In this document: piece by piece, positions 28,999 to 40,082 of the stretch
Layout: each line of letters opens with the position of its first letter
How positions within the stretch are numbered: the stretch's first letter is position 1
Assembly: GCA_963835065.1 (NCBI GenBank)
Contig: CAWIEK010000041.1
Span: 1 to 64,000 of the forward strand
Source: an uncultured Chthonomonadaceae bacterium
GTDB taxonomy: Bacteria > Armatimonadota > Chthonomonadetes > Chthonomonadales > Chthonomonadaceae
Length of the DNA stretch: 64,000 nucleotides
Reading direction: 5' to 3'
Notes under the pieces: model-generated
Told to the model about the DNA's origin: nothing
What the model saw: only the letters and a program-made list of their open reading frames with translations
Database searches by the model: none
Made by a program: the position numbers and the translations under genes

Positions 28999-29870
28999 CA
29001 AACGTAATGGACAAGCCGACGCGCGCAATGGAAACGGCCAAGCCTGCCGTAAAAGCGCCCGTTCGCGTGGAAACGGATGGCAAATGGCCCGCCGGGCAAA
29101 GCGTTCCCAAAGAACATCTGCTCACCGCTGCGCAAATGGCGCAGTTCGTGCAGGACGGCTTTCTGATGTTTGACGGCTTTGTGCCGCCGGAAATGAACGA
29201 GGCTGTATACGCGGATCAGCAGGCAGGGAAAGGGCACTGGCAAACCTCGGAAGCCATACGCGCCATATTCGATTGGCTGCCCGTGCGCGGCATCCTGCAA
29301 AGTCTCGTCGGCGTCAACCCGGTTTACGACCATTCCGCGCTGCACATCGTCGGGCCGCAAAAACACGACGCGCAGGTCTGGCATGCCGATTCGATCATAG
29401 ATGCTCGCCCGCTTGCCTTCGACATTCAGGCCATGTACTTTTCCCACGACGCGCCCAGAGAAATGGGACCGACATTAGTTCTGCCCGGCTCCCACCTGCG
29501 CCGCACAAGCAACGTCAGCATCGCCCGCTACAAAAACATCGTCGGGCAAAAGCAGCTTATCGGCAAGGCGGGCACAATTGCCTTTCTGCATCACGGGATT
29601 TGGCACTGCGCCCAGCCCAATTTCACCGACCAGACGCGCTACATGTTCAAGCTGCGCCTGCGTACCGGGCAGGAACAGCGCGGCCTGTTCAACACGGATG
29701 GTTACGATGACCCGGAAACCCGCCGCATTGTCGGCGCGTTCAAGCACAACTGGCAGGGCGACTTCGCCCGCGCCGAAAACGTGGAACGCGCGAAACTATG
29801 GCGCTACGTGTGCGGCGACGACAACGCCGACGTGTCCTTCGAAGGCGTCCTCACCCGAATGCATTTATAG
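28995..29870 (+). CDS. Phytanoyl-CoA dioxygenase (PhyH) family Fe/2OG oxygenase
   Basis: WHAD, GPTLVLPGSH, GIWH and R-YMFK. Confidence 0.88.
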   Translation: MTNVMDKPTRAMETAKPAVKAPVRVETDGKWPAGQSVPKEHLLTAAQMAQFVQDGFLMFDGFVPPEMNEAVYADQQAGKGHWQTSEAIRAIFDWLPVRGILQSLVGVNPVYDHSALHIVGPQKHDAQVWHADSIIDARPLAFDIQAMYFSHDAPREMGPTLVLPGSHLRRTSNVSIARYKNIVGQKQLIGKAGTIAFLHHGIWHCAQPNFTDQTRYMFKLRLRTGQEQRGLFNTDGYDDPETRRIVGAFKHNWQGDFARAENVERAKLWRYVCGDDNADVSFEGVLTRMHL

Positions 29871-30011
29871 AAGAAAAAACCGTCCGCCTGCCCTGAAGAC
29901 GTTCCCGCAACGTGGCTTCAAATAAGTAGAGGCGTTGTACCACGAAACGCGACAACATTGCACATTGCCGGTAGGTAGATGTTGTAGAAGGTTTCGTGGC
30001 ATATTTCAGGG

Positions 30012-31575
30012 CTAACGGCGATTCCAAAGCAAAACAGTAACTTTCGTTCCCTGCCCGGAATGGCTCGTGATCTGCAGCTCGGCTCCCAATCGAAGGGCGC
30101 GCTCCTGCATGCCCGTGACGCCGAACCCGGCGCTGCCCGCATGTGGATCAAACCCGCGTCCGTCGTCGTAAACCGTGAGATGCACTTGATCTTCAAAGTA
30201 GGTAAGGGACAGAGCAACATGCTGCGCCTGGCTGTGCCGCAGCGCATTGGTAAGCGCTTCCTGCCCGATACGATACAGGTCGTTTTCCACCAATCCCGAT
30301 AACGGGTAGGGGGTGCCTTCTGCTGTAAAAACGACCTTTGCGCCGCCGTCGGCTTCCTGCGCCATCTGCTTGAAGGCTTCCACCAGCGTACCCGTCTCCA
30401 GCAGGGGCGCGCGCAGCGCCCGAATGGAACTGCGCGCTTCTATCTGGCTCTGTTGCGCAATTTCACGCGCTCGCAAGAGATGCCGCAAGCCCTCCTCTAT
30501 CCCCGGCGGAGTCTCTTCAAGAGCAGCCTCCGCCACGTCCAACTGCATTTTGATGCCGGTGAAGCCCTGCGCCAGCGTGTCATGCAGTTCCTGCGCCATT
30601 CGGGTGCGCTCCTGAAGCAAGGTCGTCTCGCGCTCCTTAACGGCCCGCTCCTCCTCGACTCGCTTGCGCTCGGTCAAGTCGCGGCTGATTTTAACGAAGC
30701 CCAGCAGCGCTCCGTCTGTGCCCCGGATCGCAGTGGCTATCTCATTGCCCCAAAACAGGGAGCCGTCCTTATGAACGCGCCAACTCTCGTCCTCATTGCG
30801 CCCGGTCGCCGCCGCATGTTCGAGTTCGTGTTCGGGCTTTTGGGCCTGTTGGTCTTCCTGCGTATAGAAGATGCGGAAGTGCTGCCCAATTATCTCGTCG
30901 GTTTCATAGCCTTTGATCCGCCTGGCTCCCTCGTTCCAACTCGTTACCCGCCCCTGGGTATCCACATTGAAAATGGCATAGTCGTAGAATGTTCTCGACC
31001 GTTAGCCGATACTGCTCTTCACTTTTGGTCAAGGCTTCTTCGGCCTGCTTACGCGCGGTCAAGTCCCGCATAATCTTGGCATAGCCGAGAAAGTTGCCAT
31101 GCGCGTTGAAAAAAGGGGTCATCACTCCACTGGCATAGAAGAGGCTGCCGTCTTTACGCAGGTGCCAGCGCTCATCCTCCACCCGCCCGGACGCGAGCGC
31201 GGTTCGCATCTCCTCCTCTGGAACACATCGCTCCCGGTCTTCGCGCGTAAAGATGAGCGCGCTCGGCTGGCCCAGTATCTCAGACTCGGTATAGCCGAGT
31301 ACGCGCTCCGCTCCCGCGTTCCAGCTGTTGTAACACCCTGCCGGATCAAGGGTAACAATGGCATAGTCCCAGGCGTTCTCGACCAGCAGGCGATAAGGGC
31401 GTTCCGCCGTTTCGATGGTATGGACCTGTTCTCCAAGCGGCCCGCAGACAACGAGCGCATCCACCTCCTGATGGCGAAGCGCATAGATAATCTGCTCGGC
31501 TTCTTCCAAACGGGCGCGCAGAGCCTCATTTTCTTGCCGGAGCAACGACTCCGAACTCGCGTTTTCCATACTCAT
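30012..31575 (-). CDS. Two-PAS sensor histidine kinase, HisKA_3 type (frameshift near 30985)
   Basis: Coiled coil + EVDALVV, two PAS/PAC domains, ERTRMAQELHDTLAQG, QEALTNALRH and DDGRGF. Confidence 0.88.
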
Positions 31576-31684
31576 AGGGTCTCTTATTCTGTGACTGAGG
31601 GCCAGGAAAAGCCTTAGCGCCCGGAGCGCAAATCCAGCGCTATTCGCGCGCTTTGCAGGCTAAATCGCGCGGACTTCTGGAAAA

Positions 31685-32017
31685 TTAGAGGCGCGGGCGA
31701 ATGTCCAGGCCCACCAACGTTCGCTCCGTATTTGACAGGTCGCCAATCACTTTCTTCATGGGCGAAGGCAGCTTGCGTATCAGCGTGGGAATTGCCAGTA
31801 TCTGGTCGCCCTTCGCGAGATGGGGCTGTTCTATCAAGTCAATGACCTCTATATGATATTGCCCCGCCAGATGTTCTTCACAGAGACGTTTGAGATTGGC
31901 AAAGGCCGCTGTGGACTTGGGAGATTTTCCGGCCACATAGAGCCGTAATTCGTAGTATTCACCGGGGAGTTCCTCCGAGGCAACAACCGGGGGATTGGAT
32001 ATTTGCTTTTCGCTCAT
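31685..32017 (-). CDS. kaiB: KaiB
   Basis: [26 protein letters not shown] and IGDLS. Confidence 0.95.
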   Translation of the reverse strand: MSEKQISNPPVVASEELPGEYYELRLYVAGKSPKSTAAFANLKRLCEEHLAGQYHIEVIDLIEQPHLAKGDQILAIPTLIRKLPSPMKKVIGDLSNTERTLVGLDIRPRL

Positions 32018-33783
32018 GTCTTCCTTCCCTTTCCGGCATCGTCAAGAGGCGCGGCTGCCTGAGCGATTGTGTCCGCCTTGCGGCAGTGTGCCATCGTAAC
32101 TTGCGCTTCCTGTAAATGCTCCTCCCAGGCGCGCTCCTCGACGCGGGCTTGTTCCCATTCTACGCTCTCGGCTTCCATTTCCGCCTGGAGCGCGGCAATC
32201 TGCGTTTCGAGCGCCTTGCGCCTGCGCTCCGCCTGAAGCTGTCTTCGCGCGCCTTCCTGCTGTCGCGCCGCTGCCTCCGCGCGATCCCTGGCTTCCTGCG
32301 CGAAACGGGCCGATCCGGTCAGCACGCCTTCCGGCCCCAGGTAGACATCCAAAAGTTCGATTCCCTGGTCCGTAAGCACATATTCACGAATCTGATTAGA
32401 GTGGGCCATGCCCCGCGATTTCAGCACATACAGCCCGCGATTGCGCTCGCCCCCGATTTCGATGTCGCGCAGAAGCAGCCAGGTATCCATCACTGATGAG
32501 ATGCCGTAGTCGGTGGACTCCGGGTTCGCATCGCTCTGCGTCCTGCTGGATAGATGCGTGAAGAAGGCGGTGATTTGTTCGGCCTTTAAGTAATCCACCA
32601 GTCGGGTGAGCATGGCCCGGACTTCTTCATTGTTGCCTACAGCGATAAGATTGCTGATAGGGTCAATAACGACGACCTGCGGGCGAAGCGCCTGGATACG
32701 TTTATGCATCAGCGCCAGATGCATCTCCAGGCCAAAGAGCGTGGGTCTCGCGGCAAAGAGATGGAGATTCTTCTGCGTGATCCAGGGTTCTAAGTCAATT
32801 CCGAGGGAACGCATGTTGCGGACGATCTGAGACGGCGACTCTTCAAAGGCAAAATAAAGGCAGGTGTCGCCCCGTTGACACGCGGCATTCACAAAATGCG
32901 CGGCCAGGCTTGTCTTGCCCACGCCCGCAGTGCCGGACACCAGAATGCTGCTGCCGCGATAGAAGCCCTGCCCGCCCAGCATCGTATCCAGGCGAGCTAT
33001 CCCGCTGGAAACGCGCTCGGTGGAGGCCACATGGTCTAAACCCAGGGAAGTGATCGGCAGCACGCTGAATCCGCTCTCGTCAATGAGGAAGGGATACTCA
33101 TTTGTGCCATGGGACGATCCACGGTATTTGACCACCCGCAGGCGGCGCGTGGAAATTTGCCCGATAACCCGATGGTCCAGCAGAATGACACAATCGGAAA
33201 CGTATTCTTCTAATCCTTGCCGGGTCAGCGCGCCGTCGCCGCGCTCCCCGGTAATGATGGCCGTGACGCCTTTCTCCTTGAGCCATCCAAACAGGCGTCT
33301 TAATTCCGCGCGAAGTATGGCCTCATTGGATAAGCCTGAAAAGAGGGCTTCGATAGTATCCAGCACTACGCGCTTGGCGCCGATGGAGTCAATGGCAAAG
33401 CCCAGTCGGATGAACAGCCCCTCCAGGTCGTATTCGCCCGTTTCTTCAATCTCGCTGCGCTCGACATGCACGTGATCAAGCGCCAACTTGCCCTGCGCGA
33501 CCAGCTCTTCAAGATCGAAGCCGAGCGAGGCTGCGTTCTGGGCCAGGTCCTCGGCCGTCTCTTCAAAGGCCAGAAACACGCCGGGTTCGTTGTATTCGGT
33601 GGCCCCCCGCGCGAGGAATTCCATTGCCAGCAGGGTCTTGCCGCAGCCCGCGCTGCCGCACACCAGTGTGGGACGGCCTTGCGGCAAACCGCCCCGGGTA
33701 ATCTCATCCAGGCCATCAATTCCCGTGGGACACTTCGGAAGCCGAGGCAAAGAGCGGTTAATTTTGAGGTTTGGTTCCAGCAT
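32014..33783 (-). CDS. kaiC: KaiC with C-terminal coiled coil
   Basis: Two RecA domains ([16 protein letters not shown]), FEE motifs, [14 protein letters not shown] and a long coiled-coil tail. Confidence 0.95.
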   Translation of the reverse strand: MLEPNLKINRSLPRLPKCPTGIDGLDEITRGGLPQGRPTLVCGSAGCGKTLLAMEFLARGATEYNEPGVFLAFEETAEDLAQNAASLGFDLEELVAQGKLALDHVHVERSEIEETGEYDLEGLFIRLGFAIDSIGAKRVVLDTIEALFSGLSNEAILRAELRRLFGWLKEKGVTAIITGERGDGALTRQGLEEYVSDCVILLDHRVIGQISTRRLRVVKYRGSSHGTNEYPFLIDESGFSVLPITSLGLDHVASTERVSSGIARLDTMLGGQGFYRGSSILVSGTAGVGKTSLAAHFVNAACQRGDTCLYFAFEESPSQIVRNMRSLGIDLEPWITQKNLHLFAARPTLFGLEMHLALMHKRIQALRPQVVVIDPISNLIAVGNNEEVRAMLTRLVDYLKAEQITAFFTHLSSRTQSDANPESTDYGISSVMDTWLLLRDIEIGGERNRGLYVLKSRGMAHSNQIREYVLTDQGIELLDVYLGPEGVLTGSARFAQEARDRAEAAARQQEGARRQLQAERRRKALETQIAALQAEMEAESVEWEQARVEERAWEEHLQEAQVTMAHCRKADTIAQAAAPLDDAGKGRKT

Positions 33784-34126
33784 ACGGACTATTTCTACTC
33801 TCGTAAAAGCGGGCGCTTACTTCGGTGATACTACTGCCTTATTCGCCAAGGGGAACTTTATCTCCTCCCTCTTCTTTTCAGCTATCGTCCATGATACATT
33901 CCGCTCCTGAACTCAATTCCTATTTTGCCATCTGCCTCCAATGATAGAAATAAGCCCGGCTATGAAAATTATTTTCAAATTTTCGGTTTGCAGGCATTTT
34001 TAGCAGGATTATGGCTGATTGTGCTGAAATATATGCCACGCCACCCGTGACAAGTCAATATGTCACGCTTACTACACGTTCAACGCAATTAGGGCCACTT
34101 ATGAAAACATTGGAAGGAATACAACA

Positions 34127-34510
34127 ATGTCCGCAAGTCCTATGGAAATTCGGAACCGCGTGACCCAGGAATTCCTCGGTTACGTTGGCACCGGCGTCAA
34201 CAACTCTGTCAAGGTCGCCGGGGAAGATGCCCTGATCAACCTGAACTGGGCAGAAAAAGATGGAAATACGTATCTCGCCAGGGATAACTACTGGCTGGGG
34301 GAGGGCAAGGATAGCTGGGCGGATTGGGCCTACTACTCCTGGTACTGCGCGGTTGTCTACAATCCGGACCACACGATTTCCATGAAGAGCGATCCGACAA
34401 GAAAGCTTTACATAGACGATTGGGATGGCATGCAGTATTTGCGCTGGACGGCCAGCGGGGATGACAACAATGAGGCCATCGTCACATTCGAGTTTGCGCC
34501 GCCGAAATGA
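34127..34510 (+). CDS. Hypothetical Trp/Tyr-rich beta protein
   Basis: GGAAGGA RBS, 127-aa ORF upstream of the secreted enzyme gene. Confidence 0.6.
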   Translation: MSASPMEIRNRVTQEFLGYVGTGVNNSVKVAGEDALINLNWAEKDGNTYLARDNYWLGEGKDSWADWAYYSWYCAVVYNPDHTISMKSDPTRKLYIDDWDGMQYLRWTASGDDNNEAIVTFEFAPPK

Positions 34511-34614
34511 CGTTCTGCCACTCACTCGAGAAGCTGTCGCCCGTGAATACGGGCTTCAGTCGTAGAGGTTCTCGTTTTCCGGCTTCCTGTTGCCGGGACA
34601 AAAAGGGGTGCGAA

Positions 34615-36897
34615 ATGGTTCGCAGTAAATGGATATTGCTCGCGTTGGCGATAGCGGCCTTCGTTCTGCCCGCCACGCCGTCCTCGGCTTACGAGGAAGA
34701 CACCCACTTCGGCATGACGTATATGATCTGCCGATCCGTTGGCTTCACGCCGGACGAAGCGTTGCTGGTTGCCGCCGCCGATCAGGGCGTGGACGATTCG
34801 GATGGCACAAGCCCCGTCGGCCCGCATTTCTACAACGCGGTCGCGGAACGCTACATCGCTAATCAATGGATGTGGCACGCGATTGGCCGCAGTTACCGCG
34901 TCATCTTCGCGCAGCGGGATCGGATGTTCGCTATTTCCCAGGACGTGTGGCTGTCCAACAATCAGCGAGAGCGATTGGTCTTGCTGGGCGTATTCTTCCA
35001 TTACCAGCAGGATACATGGGCGCACCGCCGTCACTATCAAGAGGCTCAAAACACGGAAAGTTTGATCCCGGCCAGCCGAACAAGTTATACGCCCTATGCG
35101 TCTCCCTTCGGCCATTTTGTGACACTGGACAACGTGGTCTCATCCCCCTCAGACTATCATCAGCCGGACCGCCCGCCGTTCGATCCGGCGGCGGCGCTCA
35201 TGAACCTTGAAGACGGAATCGGCTATGCCAGCGCCTTTCTTAAGAACGTGCTGCACAGGACGCCCAACGCCCTTTTCAGCAGCTATGTCCCCGAAAACGG
35301 GGTTGTGGAAAACGGCGCCCAAACAAGTCCCTATGTACATCAGCTTCGGGTCGCTGCCACAGACCCGGCGCACAAGTACCTGCAGGAACTGGTCCATCAG
35401 CAGATCACGGCCTACGCCTATAGCGCGGCTCTGGATGAGGGCGACTACCCGGGCGAGTACTATGACCAGAAAAGACGTTGGCGCAATCAATCTGTTTCCA
35501 GCCTGGGAGACCTGGGCAAAGTGATGCAGCAATTCCGGGGGGTATGGGGCAACTACAAACAGCACTTCAACAACGAGGAGCTGCAGCCTGCGATAACCGG
35601 GGACGATACAACGCAGAAGTGGCAAGCCCTGAAGGAAAAAACGCAATTCACGGAGGGAAAGACCTGCAAGGACTATACGCGGCCCTATCTTGAAGGCATG
35701 ATGGGCGGATGGCAGGACGTGTTGGGACTGGATGTAAAGCCTTCCACGGATCTCCAACGGATCACCGGCCCCTGGACGCTGGTTCCGAAACCGGACAGCC
35801 CCACATCCCCGGCAACTCGTATCGTCTCTATAACGGCGGGGAAAAATGGCGCGATCCTGGGCGTCGGCGAAAACAATCTGGTTTATGCCAAAGCCAGCTT
35901 GGAGGCCGACTGGAAACTGATACCGGACCTCAGTCTCTCTGCCCCCGCCACAGCGGTGATGCCCTATAAGACGATGCTGAGTGTCTCCTCGGGGGTTTTG
36001 TTGGTGAAGCGGCCCTCCGACGCCGGCTGGAAACGCGCTCCGAACTCCAACGCTTTCATCGGCCCTACCCGCACGTGCGCTTTGATTTCTGTGGCGGCGC
36101 TGCCGGATGGCCGGGTACTGGGCATAAATGACGCGCATCAGCTAATGATCAAAGGGCAAAGCCCGTGGCAGCCTCAGCACGGCTATCTGACCTCTATCAC
36201 CGTCGCTCCAGATGGCTCCCTGTGGGGAGTGAATACGAAAATTCCCCATGGAAACAACGTCTTCCACCTGGTCAACGGCGCATGGCAACTGTCCGCGGCC
36301 AGATTAACTTTCATCGCTGCCGCCCCGAATGGAAATATATGGGGATCACCGGTCACGCCCGGTTCGCTCATGCGGCTGGAAAAAGGCGCCTCCCAATGGA
36401 CAACCCAGCCGGGCGCCGGAACCGCCTTCGCTCTCGACCCGGCGGGAAATATGTGGGCGGTAGATACGACACAATCCACGAGCAGTTCCTACCCGGACAA
36501 CATCTGGTTGTATGTGAAGATAGGCCAGCAGAACTCTATAGCCACCAAAAGCCGCTGGATAGGCCCAATGTATCTGACCGATATCGCCGTTGACTCGGAT
36601 GGCAATCCCTGGGGAGTGAACACGAAAATCCCCGCTGGCAACAACGTCTTCCACCTGTACGGCAACACATGGCAACCGTCAGCAACAAGACTGGTCCATA
36701 TCGCCGTCGCGCCGGACAAAACCGTGTGGGGGGTGACGGAAAGCGGTTCCGTTCAGCGGCTTGCGCCGGGCGCGTCACAGTGGGAGGATGTGCCCGACAT
36801 TCATCTGACCAATATCGTGATCGGCCCGGACGGAAGGGTGTGGGGAGTGGATACAACTTCCACGCAGCGCAACAATATCTACTTTCTGGTTCCGTGA
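34615..36897 (+). CDS. Secreted protein with PLC/P1-nuclease-like Zn domain and tectonin-like propeller repeats
   Basis: Signal peptide ending SSA, YEEDTH, DQGVDD, WHA and HYQQDTWAH; repeats I-x-V-x-P-D-G-x-x-W-G-V. Confidence 0.65.
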   Translation: MVRSKWILLALAIAAFVLPATPSSAYEEDTHFGMTYMICRSVGFTPDEALLVAAADQGVDDSDGTSPVGPHFYNAVAERYIANQWMWHAIGRSYRVIFAQRDRMFAISQDVWLSNNQRERLVLLGVFFHYQQDTWAHRRHYQEAQNTESLIPASRTSYTPYASPFGHFVTLDNVVSSPSDYHQPDRPPFDPAAALMNLEDGIGYASAFLKNVLHRTPNALFSSYVPENGVVENGAQTSPYVHQLRVAATDPAHKYLQELVHQQITAYAYSAALDEGDYPGEYYDQKRRWRNQSVSSLGDLGKVMQQFRGVWGNYKQHFNNEELQPAITGDDTTQKWQALKEKTQFTEGKTCKDYTRPYLEGMMGGWQDVLGLDVKPSTDLQRITGPWTLVPKPDSPTSPATRIVSITAGKNGAILGVGENNLVYAKASLEADWKLIPDLSLSAPATAVMPYKTMLSVSSGVLLVKRPSDAGWKRAPNSNAFIGPTRTCALISVAALPDGRVLGINDAHQLMIKGQSPWQPQHGYLTSITVAPDGSLWGVNTKIPHGNNVFHLVNGAWQLSAARLTFIAAAPNGNIWGSPVTPGSLMRLEKGASQWTTQPGAGTAFALDPAGNMWAVDTTQSTSSSYPDNIWLYVKIGQQNSIATKSRWIGPMYLTDIAVDSDGNPWGVNTKIPAGNNVFHLYGNTWQPSATRLVHIAVAPDKTVWGVTESGSVQRLAPGASQWEDVPDIHLTNIVIGPDGRVWGVDTTSTQRNNIYFLVP

Positions 36898-36936
36898 TTT
36901 TGACGCGGCGACTTTGCCCGCGCCGTTCGCGTAGAA

Positions 36937-37008
36937 TAGACCTCTTTCATAAGTCTGCTCAATGAGCTAGCGATTGCCGTGTTCGCAAGGACTTATGAAA
37001 GAGGTTTA
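36937..37008. mobile_element. MITE-like 72-bp element with 19-bp terminal inverted repeats
   Basis: tagacctctttcataagtc ... gacttatgaaagaggttta. Confidence 0.5.
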
Positions 37009-37015
37009 ATGTGCC

Positions 37016-37058
37016 GTTGCCTTCCTTTTCTGCTTCCGGGACAGAAAAGGAAGGCAAC
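37016..37058. terminator. Perfect 17-bp stem-loop between convergent genes
   Basis: gttgccttccttttctg-N9-cagaaaaggaaggcaac. Confidence 0.65.
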
Positions 37059-37479
37059 AGGTTCTGCATCGTGACAGAAGCGGATTAGAACAGGATGCTG
37101 TTGAGCGTCTGGTCAGTGCCCAGAATAATGTCCATGTCAATGTTGCTGTAGCCGTAGTTGCTTAGTGAGCGGGTGGTAAACGTCCGGGTTACCCACTGGC
37201 CGGGCTGCAACAGCGGCAAGCTGCCGGACAACGGCATCTTGGCCCCCAGGTCCCCATCCGCGTAGGGAGCGTAGTTGACCGTCACTGGCATTTGCGGAGA
37301 CGCGATATGGCAGATGTTCGTGAACGTCACAGCAAAGGTGACGCTGCCATCGGCATTGGTAACGCGGCTGCTTTCCTGCGCTTGTATGTTGTAAGTGGCA
37401 TCCAGGAAATTGTTGAGCTAGTAGGTGTGGTTGCTTACCACCGCTTGCGCATACAGGTACTGGCCGTGCAGGTTCTGGC

Positions 37480-38200
37480 TCGGCATGAGCGGCAGCGTGG
37501 CCCTGATCCGCTTGCTGTTACAGCGCGTTCCCTCCCTGTCATTATTGGTCACTTCCCGGCAAGCGCTGCGACTGGGCGGCGAAACCGCGTATCCCCTGCC
37601 ACCGCTTGCCCTGCCCATCGAGGCCGACATAGTTTCGCTGGAAAGTTTGCGCGGCAATGACAGCATCGCCCTGTACATGGACCGCGCCCGCGCCGCGCGC
37701 CCGGATTTCGCGCTGACGGCGCAGAACGCGCCCGCCATCGCCGCCCTGTGCCGGCGTCTGGAAGGCATGCCCCTCGCGCTTGAAATGGCGGCGGCATGGG
37801 TCAAAACCATTCCGCCCGCCAAAATGCTGGAGCGGCTGTCCCAACAATTGGATATGCTGGTAAGCCGCCGACGCGACCTGCCGCACATCGAGGAGGGTTT
37901 GCGCCTGCGCGAGGAAAACGACGATCTCGCGGGGCTGGTGGAAACGCTGGAAACCATTGTAGAGGTTATGGCGACGCGGGGCGAAAACGAACGCGCCGCG
38001 CGCCTGGCCGGCAGCGCGCAGGCATTGCGTTTGCGAACCATAGGCCCCGCGCCCCGCCAACGAAGAAGCGCAGTTTGCCCGCAGCCTGGGACAAGCGCAG
38101 GCAACCCTGGAAGCCTCCGCGTTTGAAGCCGCGTGGAAACAGGGCGAAGCCCTGACGCGCGAACAGGCAATTGAAATGGGGCGCGCGTACATACATGCGC
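37480..38200 (+). pseudogene. Truncated and internally deleted STAND ATPase-TPR gene
   Basis: LLVTSRQAL, LCRRLEGMPLALEMAAAW, then an abrupt jump from RRRDLP to the final TPR; no Walker A. Confidence 0.75.
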
Positions 38201-38263
38201 TGCCGTAGGCGATTGAAGGCAGTCTCGTCTAAAGAACACAGTCGGCGCAAAAGGTACATTGTT

Positions 38264-39046
38264 TCACTCGCGCCTGCTCTCCCCCGGAAGCAAGGTAGAG
38301 CCATCGGGCGCGCACACCGGCGCGGCGCTTCCCGGATGCCGCGCGCCTGCAAGCGGATAATAACCGTTCTCCTTTAGAATACGCGGAACCTCTTTGCCGC
38401 TAATCCAACACGTTCTGCCCGCAAACGTGTAGCCATGACAATTGAAGGTGGACGTACTGCTTCCCACACGATGCAGTTTAGGATACAGGCAGGAACCAAT
38501 CATGTGTTTAACAGCCGCTAGACTGGGCTTCTGTGTTTCTGTTTCGGGATGGATGGGAGAGATAGTATGTCCGCGATCTGTTTGAAATTGCAGCGTATTT
38601 CGCGGGCTGGTGAGGCGTGAGGACGTTCGCTTGAGTTGGTTACTGCCTCGATCCGTATGGTAGGCTACCCACGTGCCATAGTGAATGGAGGGAATATCAT
38701 CGGGATTATGTCGGTATAGCCCTAAATTGCCCCATTGACTTTCTATTTCGCGCACCGTTCTTCGATCTGTGTCCACGCGCGTAATCACGCCGGAATGAAC
38801 AATGACGCCTTTGAGGGTATACACCACAATATCGCCGGGACGCGGCTCCGATACATCGGCAGCCACGCGAATATTGCGCGGCTTGTCCTGCCTTCCCCCT
38901 GACGCAGAGGCGCGCGCCAACGTATTCGGCGTTTGGACAGAGCCGAACACGTTACTGATTCTGTGGGAAGCCGCGATAGTGACGAGGAAAGGAGACACAG
39001 CTAAGACACTAACAAACACGAGCCAACGCAATGACTTCAAGGTCAA
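38264..39046 (-). CDS. Secreted putative cysteine hydrolase (papain/NlpC-like)
   Basis: Signal/TM segment; PGDIVVY..HSGVI..ESQWG and FNCHGYTF. Confidence 0.55.
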   Translation of the reverse strand: MTLKSLRWLVFVSVLAVSPFLVTIAASHRISNVFGSVQTPNTLARASASGGRQDKPRNIRVAADVSEPRPGDIVVYTLKGVIVHSGVITRVDTDRRTVREIESQWGNLGLYRHNPDDIPSIHYGTWVAYHTDRGSNQLKRTSSRLTSPRNTLQFQTDRGHTISPIHPETETQKPSLAAVKHMIGSCLYPKLHRVGSSTSTFNCHGYTFAGRTCWISGKEVPRILKENGYYPLAGARHPGSAAPVCAPDGSTLLPGESRRE

Positions 39047-39395
39047 AGTTCCTATCTAAAGCAACCGTAAAGGCGCATCAAATTTCGTGATGCTTAACTA
39101 AACCTGTCCCAACGCTGACGGTTTCACTTCCCATCTTTCTTGACTGTTTCCTGCTGTGCTTATAGGATACAAAGCCGGCATGAAAAAAATATGAACGGAA
39201 AATGAAGAAGTTATGAAAAGACTGTCCCGGCGGCAACCCTCGCTCTGCAAGGCAATGCCCGCTTTCATAACTTTTTCATCGAAAAATGGCATCCTACAGA
39301 TGGCATCCTATTAACAAAACTATAATGAAAGCTAAATGGAAGATAAATGGAAGCGAGGTATGCTGTCCTATCGGAGAGGAAGTGGAACCAGAACC

Positions 39396-40082
39396 GTGCG
39401 GATTTTACTTATCGAAGACGAAGAAGATATAGCCGATGTCGTTCGGCTCGGTTTGGAGGAGGCGCACTACTTTGTGGATGTTGCCTCGGACGGGCTGATG
39501 GGACTGCAAATGGCCTCCGAGCAGGGGTATGCCCTGCTTCTGCTGGACGTCATGCTGCCCGGTATCAGCGGGTGGGAAGTCTGCCAGCGCCTGCGCGCCC
39601 GCCGCGACCTCACGCCTATCCTGATGCTGACCGCCCGAGACGCTTCTCAGGATCGGGTGCGCGGGCTGGATATAGGAGCCGACGACTATCTGCCCAAGCC
39701 CTTCGACTTCCCGGAATTGCTGGCGCGCATTCGCGCGCTTCTGCGCCGTGACAAGATGCACCGCACCCGCGTGATACGCATTGCCGACCTCGAAATAGAT
39801 ACCGGCGCGCGCCGCGTGTTTCGCAGCCGCAGGGAAATCAGCCTGACGGAGCGGGAGTACACGCTGTTAGAGGCCCTGGCGACCCACGAGGGGCGCGCTT
39901 TGTCACGGGAGTTCATTCAGGAGCGCGTGTGGAGCGATGATGCCAGCTATTCCAATACCGTTGATGCCTACATCCGCCTGCTGCGTAAGAAGATCGACAT
40001 TCATCATGCGCAGAAGCTGATCCAAACCGTGCATGGCGTCGGCTATGCCTTGCGAGCCGCGCCAGGCGAGGAGGTGCCATGA
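39396..40082 (+). CDS. OmpR-family response regulator
   Basis: LLIEDE, LLDVMLPG, GADDYLPKPF and QTVHGVGY. Confidence 0.95.
   Translation: MRILLIEDEEDIADVVRLGLEEAHYFVDVASDGLMGLQMASEQGYALLLLDVMLPGISGWEVCQRLRARRDLTPILMLTARDASQDRVRGLDIGADDYLPKPFDFPELLARIRALLRRDKMHRTRVIRIADLEIDTGARRVFRSRREISLTEREYTLLEALATHEGRALSREFIQERVWSDDASYSNTVDAYIRLLRKKIDIHHAQKLIQTVHGVGYALRAAPGEEVP

Noticed and set aside
36183..36690. Internal repeat as a DGR or recombination cassette
   Set aside because: It is an in-frame propeller blade duplication within one gene.
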